Source: Botryllus schlosseri
Taxonomy: Eukaryota
Assembly (NCBI GenBank): GCA_051294905.1
Contig: CM119372.1
Span: 17,300,001-17,364,000, forward strand
Direction of reading: 5' to 3'
Length of the DNA stretch: 64,000 bases
Part shown: positions 38,437 to 52,379 of the stretch, piece after piece
How the letters are laid out: the number at the start of each line of letters is the position of its first letter
Numbering within the stretch: position 1 is the first letter of the stretch
Notes under the pieces: generated by a model
What the model saw: the letters and a program-made list of their open reading frames with translations, nothing else
Told to the model about the DNA's origin: nothing
Database searches by the model: none
Program-made: the position numbers and the translations under genes

Positions 38437-38842
38437 TAATAGAATCCCGCGACATCGTATTAATCGGTCTCACAAAACCCTGTTATCGGGACGATTGAAT
38501 GCTTTTCATCTCATTTCTTTACCTAATTTAGCTACAGCGACTGCGCTGAAGTAATCCAGCCGAGACTGTATAAATGACACGTCACTACTTCGACTCGACC
38601 TCCGCTTTGCCCGTTTGTTTACGAAACTCTGTCGTACGCTTTGTCGAGGTCGAGTTTTTAATGGCATTTTAATACTTTTCCCAGAAAAAGAGGAAAAATT
38701 CTCAAAAACGCGGACATTTAAGCGTCCTCCGAGGACACTTTCAATTTATTGAAAAAAGAGGACAAATCCTCTTAAAAGAGGACGTATGGTAACCCTAATT
38801 TAGATAGAGTCATTAATGACATCCGAGTAGGGTGGCATTCAA

Positions 38843-40356
38843 CCGGCTGACACCGGCTGCTTCTTCCGAAAAAATTAGCTCCACTTTTGAAATCTGAAAA
38901 ACACGACTCGAATAGGATGCAAAATCCATAAGCAATAACCAGTTGGTCCAGAATTCTAGCGCATAACCAACTCGGCCACGAAGCGTGGCGAGAGCAATGC
39001 AACCGAGCGTGTATATAATCAAAAAGACGAGAAAACCTTGTATAAAAAGACATGCTTTTTATTAGTTTTATATGAAGTCCACAACATATACCTAGTGCGA
39101 ATAAGTACGTGCTTTTCATAGCAATAGATATCACTTCTTTCAAACAAGTCATGACTGACCGCTTTTGCTCAACTAATTCGATCGACACTTTCAAAACATT
39201 GTTGGGCGTTTCACCATTAACCGCAGTCTGACCCAGCTGACGCGTGAATCCAACTATATATTACTTATTATTAGGGATGGTGTGAACCTCTGAAAGGTTC
39301 AGGTTCGTGTGAACGCGAACCTTTTTGAAAGGTTCTGTGTGAACACGAACGTGAACCTCATGACGTCACGTGACGTCATATTGCTAATTCCAACCCTACA
39401 TTTAAATTAAGTGATAGCCTATATTAATGTACATTGTACACGATACCGAGCGACGACCCGGGCCACATAATGACACAATGCTTACATACATATGGGCGTT
39501 TGAAACCTCGCTATATGTATCAACTGAGGCAGTCACATAATATGATACTCCCATAAAATCAATATCATCATTCACTTTTCCGACAATTTCGACGAGTAGT
39601 TACCAGTGAATATAAGCTTACTCCTTCACGGTCTTCGCCAGACCGGACAATGTACTCGGCGTCTGACTATTGCTACGTTGATATTGGCAGAGCGTAAAAC
39701 ATGTTTCCATATTTGGTACGGATATTAGGCTACCCCACAAGTGATACAACTGTATCCAACGTTTCAATCGCACGAATTTTGTTTTAATGATACAGTAAAC
39801 GTATCAAGTCAAGATTGACTTCTAGATTTATTACATCAAAAAGCGATATCAATCTCATTGATCGGTTGAATAAGCATCATTCGCTGACTACAGGTACTGC
39901 ATATCGCTCGTGATGTCGCGTGATTGCGGGTCAAGCTCACAGCAGAGAGTCACTAAATATTCATGTACGGGAAGCTGGATATTTCGTGCAAACTTTTGTA
40001 ACAAAGCAAGTAAAATCTTTGAGATTGACAAGGTTGCTCGTTTTGTGTTGATTTTTTTATGCTGCCAGCGTCATGCATAGAGTGGCCCGCAGTTGAAATG
40101 CAATAAATTCGAGCCAAAAATATCATAACGAAGTGAAAATTGTAATATATGAAAAAGGTTCACAGTGCAGAACCTACCAAGGTTCTGTTGTGGACGCGAA
40201 CCTCTAAATTTCCGAGGTTCACACACAGAACGCGAACATGAACCTCAAGTTCACACCATCCCTACTTATTATATTGCTTATTATATTACCTATTGGTTTC
40301 GTATCCCATCAAGGTCGTGTTTTTCAGATTTGAAAAGTGAAGCTGGTGCCAGCTGG
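38843..40356. mobile_element. piggyBac-like MITE hosting a family B insertion
   Basis: CCGGCTGACACCGGCT / AGCTGGTGCCAGCTGG ends plus inverted CACTTTTGAAATCTGAAAAACACGAC blocks; flanks TCAA / TTAA. Confidence 0.55.
39272..40264. mobile_element. hAT MITE family B, uninterrupted 993-bp copy
   Basis: TIR TAGGGATGGTGTGAAC; perfect TSD CTTATTAT. Confidence 0.93.
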
Positions 40357-41485
40357 TTAAGACAAAAATCAATTAAAAACAAACATGTTTAAAACATGAC
40401 TTGTATAGTTTTTGTTTTGTTTTATCCATGACGTCACTAATATTGGATTGCGACGCCACTTTGGATTGGCATTGACCATTGAAAATATAGGGTAAATATA
40501 GCTCCTTCGACGAAAAGGTCTTCCGACCGCTGTCTTAAACAAACCAAAAAGATCTTTAAACAGGACTACATCGTTTTGCAGCATCTTTACGGTGGGCCGT
40601 CTTCAAGATCAGAACTCCCATTCCATACCAATGATATATATCTACAACTTCATGCCATAACTGTTGAACCGACGATGGTTTCGAGGGTTCCAGTTACTCT
40701 ACATCGTATACGTCGACTATATTGCGTGAAAATCGTCCTTGGGACCATACTACGTGTTTTTCGTAGGTATGTACACAATTAGGGCATAATTAATCAACGT
40801 TAAAAAAAAGTTTTTTGAAAGGCATTCGTTTAAAACACTGCGTAAACATATTTTTTAACAAAGTGTTTTAAAACACGGTTTGTGTTAAATGCAACCGTAC
40901 ATCCGAGAAGTCGGGGGTCGGTTACTGCGAAATAGTTTGTGTTGAATGGTATTCCAATTCAATGCTAATTACTTCGTTGATCCGATAGCAGATGGTGTGA
41001 ATAAAATTAATATCTCAACGTTCACGCCTTATTATACGCTCATTTACAATAATTAATAAGTTTATTCGTTACACGAGCCTTTGAAAGGCAGCGTCCGCAA
41101 GCTTATTAGCTCTGATTGCGTGAAATCTACATTGGAGCGACAAAATTTACTTTCAGATATCGACTATAACCTGGGAAATATAATTGCCTCTGTCTTTCCT
41201 TCGTATCAGTTTATTTCATCTTCATGCTCCACGAATTCAGTCTTAAGAGTGGTCTATTGGCAAATTATATCACCATTGTTTTCAAGGGGCTCTTTCAATG
41301 TAGTTCCAGCTAATCAGCGCCATATTCATTTTTGATTAATTTGCAATGTCACTATCGAAACTCAAATCACAGGCCTTTATCAAGACGTAAACGCATGAAA
41401 AAAGCATCACACTCCCTTTATACATGCCGCGAACACGACGTTTGATCGTTACGAAGTGTCGAAATTTGCTATATGCTAAATACTA

Positions 41486-42233
41486 TAGGGATGGTGTGAG
41501 CCTCTGATAGACCCCGTATACGCCTGCTAGATTTTTTACATCAGAAAGGTTCATTCGCTGACTACCTACCTATATGTAGTGTATTTCGCTCTTGATGTTC
41601 TGTAATTGTGAGTCAAGCTCACAGCAAAGAGTCATTATTATTCACGAACGGAAAGCTATATATAACGAGCAAACTTTTGTAACAAAGCAAATCAAATTTT
41701 TGAGATTGTCACAAAGTGCATGCTCGCTCACTGTTTTTTTTATGCTGCCAGCGCCATGCATTTAGTGGCCCGCAGTTTGTTTGTTTTGGGGTATTCATGG
41801 TGTTTGTCGACTGCTATGGTCATTTACACCAGGCCGATTTTCTTCTTATTTTCCGTAACTGCCGACTTATAGCACGGCCCACCTGTAGGCTTTTGTAAGA
41901 CACCGCTGACGCGGATGAGGTGGCGAGGAGGAGCCTAGGTAAACCCCCAACACTTAGGTATCGGAATTCGGAAGTCGACCTCGGTCGGACTCGAACCCGC
42001 ACCCATTGGTGTCGAAGCCGCGGATTATACCACTGCGCCATCTCGCCACCGTGGCCCGCAGTTAAAATGCAATAAATTTCAACCAAATGTGGTAAAATGG
42101 TGTGAAAATTGTAATATATGAAGAAGGTTCACAGTGCAGCACCTGACAAGGTTCGTTTGCGAACGTGAACCTTCAAGTTTCTGAGGTTCACACACAAAAC
42201 ACGAATGTGAACCTCACGTTCAGACCATCCCTA
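41486..42233. mobile_element. Internally deleted family B copy carrying a SINE
   Basis: TAGGGATGGTGTGA / TCAGACCATCCCTA ends; body matches about 39830-40264. Confidence 0.85.
41778..42050 (-). mobile_element. Full-length tRNA-derived SINE (273 bp)
   Basis: Minus strand: GGTGGCGAGA, A box TGGCGCAGTGG, B box GGTTCGAGTCC, body, (AAAC)n tail; perfect 13-bp TSD GTGGCCCGCAGTT (41765-41777, 42051-42063). Confidence 0.92.
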
Positions 42234-42244
42234 GTAAATAGTAT

Positions 42245-43429
42245 CAAAGGCGCCGACTTACCAGGTTACGAGGTGGCGCAGCCTCCTCGTACAAAATGCT
42301 CAAACGCCCAAGTGATTTGTGACCAGTAATTAATAATCAGGCGAATCGATGCGACCTCGTTAGAGACGTCTTCGCTTTCGATACGCGCGTGTGCCAGGCG
42401 CGTAGCCACGGTTTTTCGGGGGTCGAACTTCCCTATTTCAAACGCGAAACCCCGTCATTTTGAAATGATCATTCAACGTCTTGCAATTGCAAAACTTGCA
42501 ATTCAATAATTGTGTAATCAGTGTTCCGCGCGGCGGGTTTGCGAGAAACGTGTTGTCAATTAGCGCGAAGAATCTGTGATTATCTTCCGCTGAGGTCGCG
42601 AAATTAGGTAGGTCATTCATTCGCGTGCGGGTGGCAATCGTCGCTAGCCTGATTTATCGCGTCTCGATCAAGCCTGATTCCGCAGGATTCAACAATCGCA
42701 TCTGCAGTAGGCCCAGTTCACACTACATCATCGCGTAACTGCGCAATCGCATCTGCATTGGCGGCTTCGGCCTGGTGTGCACGATATCATCGCTGGCTCA
42801 CACAACAGCATCTGCAATAGGCCAGGAGTGAAAGAGATCATTGCTGGCCTATGGCCTGACTATCGCGTCTCGGGCCTAGCATGCTTTGGCTCCTATCTCT
42901 CGCTGGTTTGGCGACAATGCAGTCGAGTTTACGCTAATTAGTGATTGTTTTATGTCATATTGATTGAAAAGCGACATCGCGAAACTGAATAACATCAAAT
43001 CGCTGCAAACAGACTTCAGCGTGCGAAATTGATTCCCGCTAATACTTGAACGTAACGTGTATCATGTCTCGAGTTCTGAAATACGACCAAGGTTTGAAAT
43101 CGGTGCCATCAAGTTCGGACATTTTGATTTGCGAAAACTGTCGCCGAGAATGCGTAATACGCGCGCGTATTTAATTGTTCACCAGAGATCAGGGACCCGC
43201 TAATTGACAGCACTCCCGGACTCTTTTGAAAGCGTATCATACGCCTAAAACCGTCGATACGAAAAGATTATATGATCACCATTTACACATATACTCGACC
43301 TGAATTGAATTGATGCTATATTGGTAAATTTGAAAAAAATCCAAACCCCCCTGATTTTTCGACTGGCTACGCGCCTAGCGTGTGCTGAGAAGCACCATCC
43401 TAGATCTCCTCTACCGACCAGGCGCCCAA
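42245..43429. mobile_element. Non-autonomous DNA element sharing its core with 57935-59046
   Basis: CAAAGGCGCCG start and GGCGCCC end; about 42540-43240 aligns with about 58190-58880. Confidence 0.55.
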
Positions 43430-45214
43430 ATATACGTTCTGCTTTTCTGAAATCTAAATTATGTGCGCCCATATTCATTTACAAAACCATTCATGAGCCA
43501 GCTGGCTTCGTGATGAGTAATCGCAGCGCGAAAGTGGAGGGTGTGATGGTGTGTGCCTGCAAATTGGAATTCATTTCTGCGCAGATTCGTTTCTTAACAA
43601 GGCTTTGCCAGTGACATTAATCGGGAAATGCTGCAATACAGCTTGAACACCGATATAATGAGAAAACAATTGTCGCCACGAAAGCTACTCATTACGGTGT
43701 CACACCCATAACCGATTCGTGGCGATACTGATTAGAATACACGCTTTCTCAGTTGCCATCATCCATATTTCTTGTTATCTATTTGATACATTCGTACTCC
43801 GAAATTGTCGCACGAAGTCATTTTTCAGGGTTCCTTTCATTATTAACGTGATACACTACAAGATTACGGGTGGTACAAATCCTGATTTTATTCGATTAGT
43901 TTGAACAGGGAAACTTCTACATTCCGATAAACTTTATTGCTGGATGTACTCGTATCCAGAACAACATTATCGAATATTAAATAGACAGTGGATTTCTATT
44001 GGTAAGATCGGGGCATGCGGCCGGAAGTGGAATTAATTCCAGCCCAGGGGTGGCCAACCCGCGTCCGCAGAAGGAAATTTGTGCGGCCGTCAACACGTAA
44101 TTCAATTAGTGTGCATTGGCGGCCATCGACATGCAGATTCAATTTACGAATTGACCGATGTACTCCCGAAATGCTTCGCGAACTTAAATCGGGAAATGCA
44201 CCAATGTTTTAATCATCAAACAATTGCCGCGACGCGAGTTGTGGCCAACGCGAAGCAAGAAACCGCAAGAGACAATTACTGATTGGCTGCGCGATTTCGC
44301 GTTTGTAATCATCATTATTGTCTGCTGGAAGTATTCGAGAGTTGTCGTGTGTTAAGGCTGCTGCACACTGGCTTTGCGACACGACTAAAACAGGTAATTT
44401 CCCGATCGTGTCGCGCTCACGATCGCGGTTGTTGCGTTCCGCTGCACACTGGGACACTGAGTCGTACCGTAGGCCTATCTGTTCTGTACCAGCTTAATGA
44501 TTTCGTAACAGTATAGGTTCTTGGGTATTACTATTGAAGAACATATCAGGATACTTCCTACACATATGTGTTTTCTATGTGTACTGACCTCATTTTGCTG
44601 ATGCTCCGAATTTTGATAAGGAATACACCATAATGCCACCAAGATATTCTCAAATTCGAAAACTCAGTTTATTATTTCAACTCAAGACGCAGATGTACAA
44701 AATACAGTACCGAAGATACAAAGAATATATACAAGAAGGTGTCTAATCGTTGAAACGCCCTGACATAGTCCATCAATCAGATATCTTTATAATATATAGG
44801 CCTAACGGGGCCTACTCTTCTTGACCTACCGGTACTTTCGTAATGCCAAGCATTTCAGTGGCATTGGCGGTCTAGCGGTCATGTTCTCTGTTATTCATCT
44901 TGTATTGTAAACATATAGTAATTTAATTATAAAATATATCTTCGTTTCGTTCATCCATCTTTAAGTTATGAACTGGAAGTTGGATCATTCTTTTTCTGGG
45001 CTTGTTGGATATCATACAGCGCCCTGAGTCAATCCCAAGATAAATTATGCACATGGTACACGAGAATGTTAAATTAGGAAATTGAACGATTAGATAAGAT
45101 TGCAACAGCACCGTCGAAATAAGAGTGCGTGCTTATTTTCTACTGCGACTGAGCCCGCAACTCGCGACAAAGTTGGAATTTTTCAACTTTGTCGAGGAGG
45201 GTTGGTTCGATTGG

Positions 45215-46390
45215 TTAGAAATAAGGATAGTCATGTTTGAAATGAGGTCAGTCTCCTGTTTGAAATGAGGATAGTCATGTTAGAAATGAGGATAGTCTTG
45301 TTTGAAATAAGGATAGTCGCTATATTCACGACAAGGTCACTTTCTGTACCAGGCACGATTTTCCAGTGGTAACACAGTCCGAACACATCCCAGACACGAT
45401 GTCCGAACACGCCCCAGACACCATGTCTGAATGACAACACAGGCCAAACGCATCTATGACACCGTGTCCTAATGGCAGCACATGCCGAACACACCTCAGA
45501 CATGATGTCCGAACACGCTCCAGACACGATGTCCTAGTGTAAACACAGTCCTAACATTCCCCAGACATGATGTCCAAACACGCCCCAGACACGATGTCCA
45601 AGTGTTAACACAGGCCTAACACGCACAAGACACCATGTCTGAATGGCAAGAAAGACCGAACACGCCCCAGACACGATATCCGAGTGTCAACTTAGTCCGA
45701 ACACAACACAGACACCATGTTTGAATGGCCGACCACGCCCCAGACACGATGTCCGATTGGCAGCACAGGCCGGAAACACCCCAGACATGATGTCCAAACA
45801 CGCCCCAGACACGATGTCCGATTGGCAGCACAGGGCGAACACACCTCAGACATGATGTTCAAACACGCCCAAGACACGATATCCGAGTGTCAACACAGGC
45901 CTAACACGCCGCAGACACCATGTCTGAATGACAACACAGGCCAAACGCATCTCAGACACCGTGTCCTAATGGCAGCACATGCCGAACACACCTCAGACAT
46001 GATGTCCGCCCAGACACGATGGTAATAGGGTTAGTCATGTTTGAAATAAGGATAGTCATGTTTGAAATAAGGTTAGTCTCATGTTTGAAATAAGGAGAGT
46101 CATGTTTGAAATAAGGAGAGTCATGTTTGAAATGAGGTCAGTCTCGTGTTTGAAATGAGGATAGTCATGTTAGAAATGAGGATAGTCTTGTTTGAAATAA
46201 GGATAGTCGCTATATTCACTATAAGGTCACTTGCTGTACCAGGCTCGATTTCCCAGAGGTAACACAGTCCGAACACATCCCAGACATGATGTCCGAACAC
46301 GCCCCAGACACGACGTCCGATTGGCAACACAGTCCCAACACCCCCTACACAGGATGTTAATAAGGTTAGTAATGTTTGAAATAAGGTGTT
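45215..46390. repeat. Left arm array: ~20-22-bp TTTGAAATAAGGATAGTCATG blocks alternating with ACACGCCCCAGACACGATGTCCGA-based blocks
   Basis: Read directly. Confidence 0.9.
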
Positions 46391-47246
46391 GACTTTCAAT
46401 CAATCAATCAATCAGTTTTTATTAATATTTTCATCATTTAAAAACACCACAAAACTGCGATACAATGAATACATATAAAGGCGTCGAAACGACTTGGAGT
46501 AGTCTTTGGGATCAGACAGCCACCTTGGCCTAGGCCAGGGGTTTCCAACCGTTCTATGCCCATGGCACATTTTCCAGTTTGAAAATGTTCTGTGGCCCTC
46601 CTTTTATCCTAGAGTCATATATAGTCCCGTTCAAGGCGTGGTAATCGACAGCACCGTTATGCATATTTCTCCTACTGATGATATTCAAATCTAGACCTAT
46701 CGGGACATGAAATAGCGCCTAGCGCGACAAAATTTTTCAAATTGAATAAATATCCACCAACCAACGGCCAACAAAATAATTTTAGACCCCTTCGAGCTCC
46801 CCAATTGGGGGTTTCGGTGCGGCAGTTACCGCCCGGGTCGATCATAGGCTAAAAGTCCTGAATAATATTCTGATCGCCCGCTGCTCCATTCGCGTCGCGA
46901 AACACGATGATCAGATCCCTGCATCCACTGTGTAATTGGGACTTAAGTTCCACTATTGTGTGGAATAATAATAATTCTGGACCAGCTTCGAACAATTAAT
47001 TGGTGAATGGGGTACTACAGTGAAGTGGAGAAAGATTTTTAATATGCATGCTGTACAGTACAATGTACATTGTATGTCTTGTACCAAAACAACTGAAGCT
47101 GCGATGTCAGATTCAATCAAATTAGTATATTATAAATGCGAACCATTCGATATCACCAAACATAGTCGTAAAAGTGAGTTTAACAAGACTTTAACTGGAA
47201 ACTGAGCAGTCAACACAATGACTTGGACTCGGACTCGATTCTTAGT

Positions 47247-47577
47247 TAGGCTTACCATTTTTTGGAAATCTAAAAGGGGGACACTTTTTCAGAAATCCGA
47301 GGCTTGCAAAACCGGAGAAGAATTCTCAAAAATCGGTTGACTAAAAAATAAAATAAAAAAAGGTCTTCTCAAAATACCGTTTTTCTCTCCGCATTGCTAG
47401 GTGGTTGACTAAAAAAAAAAGGTCATCTTTTCGCTCAGAGCTAAAATCACCGTTTTCACTCCGAAATACCCGTGTCGGCCTTAAAAAGCGGGACGTTTGG
47501 CTGACTGGTCGGGACGCCGGGACAATACGTTAGAAAGCGGGACTGTCCCGCCTAAAACTGGACGTATGGTAAGCCTG
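47247..47577. mobile_element. hAT MITE nested in a GACTC-repeat element that ends near 48225
   Basis: TIR TAGGCTTACCAT / ATGGTAAGCCTG; degenerate TSD TTCTTAGT/TTCATAAT; GGGAC repeats. Confidence 0.75.
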
Positions 47578-48689
47578 TTCATAATACCATGAGTCGGACT
47601 CTAACCTCTGCTCCATGGCTTGGACTCGGACTTGACTCGGTGATGGATTGAAAATGACTCAACTTGACTCGAGTCAAACTATAAAGGTGAGATTGACTTG
47701 TGACTTCGAGCTTTGTGACTCGGTTACAATCCTGCGACGAGCAGACTCGATATGAAGTGTAATTGATGTATAAATTTGCTGTACTTCGGCAGGTCGTATT
47801 ATTGTGAGATAAAAATAGCCATAATTGCAAATTATTAGCAACTGCTGATGGAGGTATACTGCACCACCGCAATGAATCATAATGGATTGAGGATTTAACT
47901 GAGCGCATTAATATTTGGAGTCGGTTTAAAATGTCCGACCTGGAAATCATTGTACATAATGTAAGAGTCAGATGAATTGATTGTATCTCACTCTTAACAG
48001 TTTCTGGTCGCATTTTCAAGTACCAGTACCAATAGACGAAATCCCAATATGGTGGTTAACTGTTCTTCAAAATTACAATGAAATGTCGGTCTGGACCGTC
48101 TGAGTCTGGTGCTAGTCATGCACAATGACTCGAGTCCAAGTCGAGTCAATGCACTTATTGACTCGAGTCAAGTCGAGTCATTTCCGTATATCTTCAGAAA
48201 ATTACTCGAGTCATTATACAACCCTGTGACCAATCGGTGAGGTCGTGGGCGTACTCGGACTACGTCGCCATTATGACATCATGTCTGCGATGTATCAGGG
48301 CTGGGTTACCACTAGGAAATCGTGCCTTCGATGTGTTGGTATGCAACTGACGTTATAGTGCAGTGGTTCCCAACCTTTTTGTCTTCATTCCCCACTTCAG
48401 AGTTATTCCGAGTCTTCATTCCCCACTACCCAAAACTCCTATATACGGTGTACCCTTTAAAATAGGGTCACCTTACCTTAAGATCCTAAAAAGAGCACAC
48501 TTTTTATGAATTCCGAAAGCTCCGGGAAAACTGGTGATTTTGAAAACTTTTCGACCGGTAGTATTATGTTGGCTAAATAAAGGTCATCACTTTGACTAGG
48601 CTCCCGATTTTCTACGAAACTCTGATGTTCGCCGCGTCGGCGACGCATTTTTCTCGTGGCATTCAAATCGTTTTCAAAAAGACTTGGAA

Positions 48690-51140
48690 ATGTGTTGACA
48701 CTCGGACATAGTGTCTGCGGCGTGTTCGGACATCATGTCTGGGGTGTGTTCGGCCTGAGTTGCCATTCAGACATTATGTCTGGGGCGTGTCGGCCTGTGT
48801 TGATACTCGGACATCGTGTCTGGGGTGTGTTCGGCCTGTGCTGCCAATCGGACATCATGTCTGGGGCGTGTCGGCCTGTGTTGACACTCGGACATCGTGT
48901 CTGGGGCGTGTTCGGACATCATGTCTGGGATGTGTTGGGACTGTGTTACCACTGGGAAATCGTGCCTGGTACAGCAAGTGACGTTATGGTGAATATAGCG
49001 ACTATCCTTATTTCAAACAAGACTATCCTTATTTCTAACATGACTATCCTCATTTCAAACATGAGACTGACCTCATTTCAAACATGACTATCCCTATTTC
49101 AAACACGAGACTGACCTTATTTCAAACATGACTAACCTTATTAACATCGTGTCTGGGGGGGTGTTGGGACTGATTTGCCAATCGGACATCGTGTCTAGGG
49201 CGTGTTCCGACATCATGTCTGGGTTGTGTTCGGCCTGTGCTGCCATTCAGATAATATGTCTGGGGCGTGTCGGCCTGTGTTGACACTCGGACATCGTGTC
49301 TGGGGCGTGTTCGGACATCATGTCTGGGGTGTGTTCGCCCTGTGCTGCCAATCGGACATCGTGTCTGGGACGTGTTCGGACATCATGTCTGGGGTGTGTT
49401 CGGCTTGTGCTGCCAATGGCACATCGTGTCTGGGGCGTGTTCGGCCATTCAAACATGGTGTCTGGGTTGTGTTCGGACTGAGTTGACACTCGGACATTGT
49501 GTCTGGGGCGTGCTCGGTCTGTGTTGCCATTCAGACATGGTGTTTTGGGCGTGTTCGGCTTGTGGTGATATCCGGACCTCGTGTCTGCGGCGTGTTCGGC
49601 CATTCAATCATGGTGTCTTGGTTGTGTTCGGACTGAGTTGACACACGGACATTCTGTCTGTGGCGTGCTCGATGTGTGTTGCCATTCAGACATGGTGTCT
49701 TGGGCGTGTTCGGCCTGTGTTGATATCCGGACCTCCTGTCTGGGGCGTGTTTGGACATCATGTCTGGGGTGTGTTCGCCCTGTGCTGCCAATCGAACATC
49801 GTGTCTGGGGCGTGTTCGGACATCATGTCTGGGGTGTGTTCGGCCTGTGCTGCCAATGGGACATCGTGTCTGGGGCGTGTTCGTCCATTCAAACTTAGTG
49901 TCTGGGTTGTGTTCGGACTGAGTTGACACTCGGACATTGTGTCTGGGGCGTGCTCGGTCTATGTTGCCATTCAGACATGGTGTCTTGGGCGTGATCGGCC
50001 TGTGTTGATATCCGGACCTCGTGTCTGGGGCGTGTTCGGACATCATGTCTGGGGTGTGTTCGGCCTGTGCTGCCAATGGCACATCGTCTCTGGGGCGTGT
50101 TCGGCCATTCAAACATGTGCTGCCAATCGAACATCGTGTCTGGGGCGTGTTCGGACATCATGTCTGGGGTGTGTTCGGCCTGTGCTGCCAATGGGACATC
50201 GTGTCTGGGGCGTGTTCGGCCATTCAACTATGGTGTCTCGGTTGTGTTCGGACTGAGTTGACACACGGACATTGTGTCTGTGGCGTGCTCGGTCTGTGTT
50301 GCCATGCAGACATGGTGTTTTGGGCGTGTTCGGCTTGTGGTGATATCCGGACCTCGTGTCTGGGGCGTGTTCGGCCATTCAATTATGGTGTCTTGGTTGT
50401 GTTCGGACTGAGTTGACACACGGACATTGTGTCTGTGGCGTGCTCGATCTGTGTTGCCATTCAGACATGGTGTCTTGGGCGTGTTCGGCCTGTGTTGATA
50501 TCCGGACCTCGTGTCTGGGGCGTGTTCGACATCATGTCTGGGGTGTTATCGGCCTGTGCTGCCAATGGGACATCGTGTCTGGGGCGCGTTCGGCCATTCA
50601 TACATGGTGTCTGGGTTGTGTTCGGACTGAGTTGACACTCGGACATTGTGTCTGGGGCGTGCTCGGTCTGTGTTGCCATTCAGACATGGTGTCTTGGGCG
50701 TGTTAGGCCAGTATTTACACTCGTACCTCGTGTCTGGTGCGTGTTTGGACATCATGTCTGGGGTGTGATCGGCCTGTGCTGCCAATCGGACATCGTGTCT
50801 GGGGTGTGTTCGACCATTCAAACATGGTGTCTGGGTTGTGTTCGGACTGAGTTGACACTCGGACATCGTGTCTGCGGCGAGTTCGGACATCCTGTCTGGG
50901 GTGTGTTCGCCCTGTGCTGCCAATCGGACATGGTGTCTGGGGCGTGTTCGGACATCATGTCTGGGATGTGTTCGGACTGTGTTACCACTGGAAAATCGTG
51001 CCTGGTACAGAAAGTGACCTTTAGTGAATATAGCGACTATCCTTATTTCAAACAAGACTATCCTCATTTTTAACATGACTATCCTCATTTCAAACAGGAG
51101 ACTGACCTCATTTCAAACATGACTATCCATATTTCAAACC
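48690..51140. repeat. Right arm array: TCGGACATCGTGTCTGGGGCGTGT-based units plus CATGACTATCCTTATTTCAAA blocks
   Basis: Read directly; reverse complement of the left-arm modules, with the GC-rich block expanded to about 1.85 kb. Confidence 0.92.
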
Positions 51141-52290
51141 AATCGAACCAACCCTGTAGACTTTGTCGGCGAGTTGCGCAGCCCGCTCGCCGACGCTTTG
51201 TTGCGTAGTCTGGCGACGCGGTGTGCATGGTTTTGCCACAGACAGGCGCGATTCTCTCGTTTTGTCGTGTCGCGAGAGCCAGTGTGCAGCAGCCTTTACT
51301 TGCAAGGCCAGTGCGTAGTGTGTATTTCATTACTCACACGGGGCATTGCGCGTGAATAACATTGATGCAACTGCAGATTCCGTCGGACGGACTGGTAGCG
51401 AAGGCCGCAGTTACACTTCAAATGATCGTACCGTTTTAAGATTCCATTTAATAACTCGACTGCATGGTTTGATATTAATGATGAGTGTAGGGCCGTATTA
51501 AAATGTCACGCGAATGGTTTAACTCCGCACGTACACCAGCGGCATGCAGTAAAGTGCGTTTTCGCGTGACGATGAAGTCATCGATTTGGAACCATTATGA
51601 TGTCACAAGAATTCGCCACCTCGTAAAAAATAAAAGTCGTCGCCTATATAGTATTATTTCAAAATGCTCGGAACATCAATTTCAGAGATGTTGAGTGCAG
51701 TCAAAAGAGCTAACATCTTATCCATGACATCTGGCATATCTTCACTCTGGTTAACTTAGTGTTTGATAAATAGTAGTCACTAACGTTCCATGAAAATTGG
51801 ACCATAGTTATTTCGAACTCGGGTTCACGTTAGTTTAGAAAATAATCAGCAACGCCGAAATGAATGAAGGTGAAAGGTAGGAAACCACTTTCTTATCAGA
51901 TTGTAGTTTCGAGCTAAATTAATAATAGTTTCCTGAGTTGTTTCCTGAGTTATTTCCTGCCTTGGTCCTAAATGATTTTCGAACTGAATTTGTTGAATGA
52001 TGACCGGCGAAAGAGATTTGGAAGCGGAAAATTCATCTTAAAAAAATGCAGTGCTAATTCACAATATACTTAATACGGCAATCACGAATCGCCATGACAG
52101 GGCGGTGGGAAGCAACCTATCCAAAGCGTGTTTAGTCTTTTCGCGGCGAGCAGATTGAAAAGTCATTTCCAAATAATTTTGCTGCTGAATACATGTCTAT
52201 ATTTTTCATGGAAGGCTATGTGAAACGATTCAATTCAGAAAGTTGAACTGCCATCACAACACCAACTCCCGAGTCGATTCAGCTCGTGTC

Positions 52291-52379
52291 TTATTCGAAG
52301 ATTTCGTCGGACATATCCTCAATAAGATCACTGTCGCTGTGCTCTGCATGGGATCTTCGCACGATGGCTGCACGCTCAT
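52291..52379 (-). CDS. Last coding exon of the secreted peptide precursor: (D)ERAAIVRRSHAEHSDSDLIEDMSDEIFE*
   Basis: Acceptor TTTCTAG| after a 100-bp intron; phase 1 joins the previous exon in frame; TAA at 52293-52291. Confidence 0.72.

Larger units (their letters stand above)
45198..51155. mobile_element. Foldback-type DNA element with kb-scale modular tandem-repeat inverted arms
   Basis: Tips AGGGTTGGTTCGATTGGTT / AACCAATCGAACCAACCCT; left arm about 45198-46390 and right arm about 48690-51155 are inverted and share the same module order; TSD not recognised. Confidence 0.8.

Noticed and set aside
41975..42050. tRNA gene
   Set aside because: The A/B boxes belong to a SINE head followed by a body, tail and TSD; no convincing acceptor stem.
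48656..51088. Numerous Cys/His-rich overlapping ORFs (also at 45231-46399) resembling zinc-finger or metallothionein-like proteins
   Set aside because: They are translations of a stop-poor tandem array, open in several frames on both strands, with units that do not keep frame.
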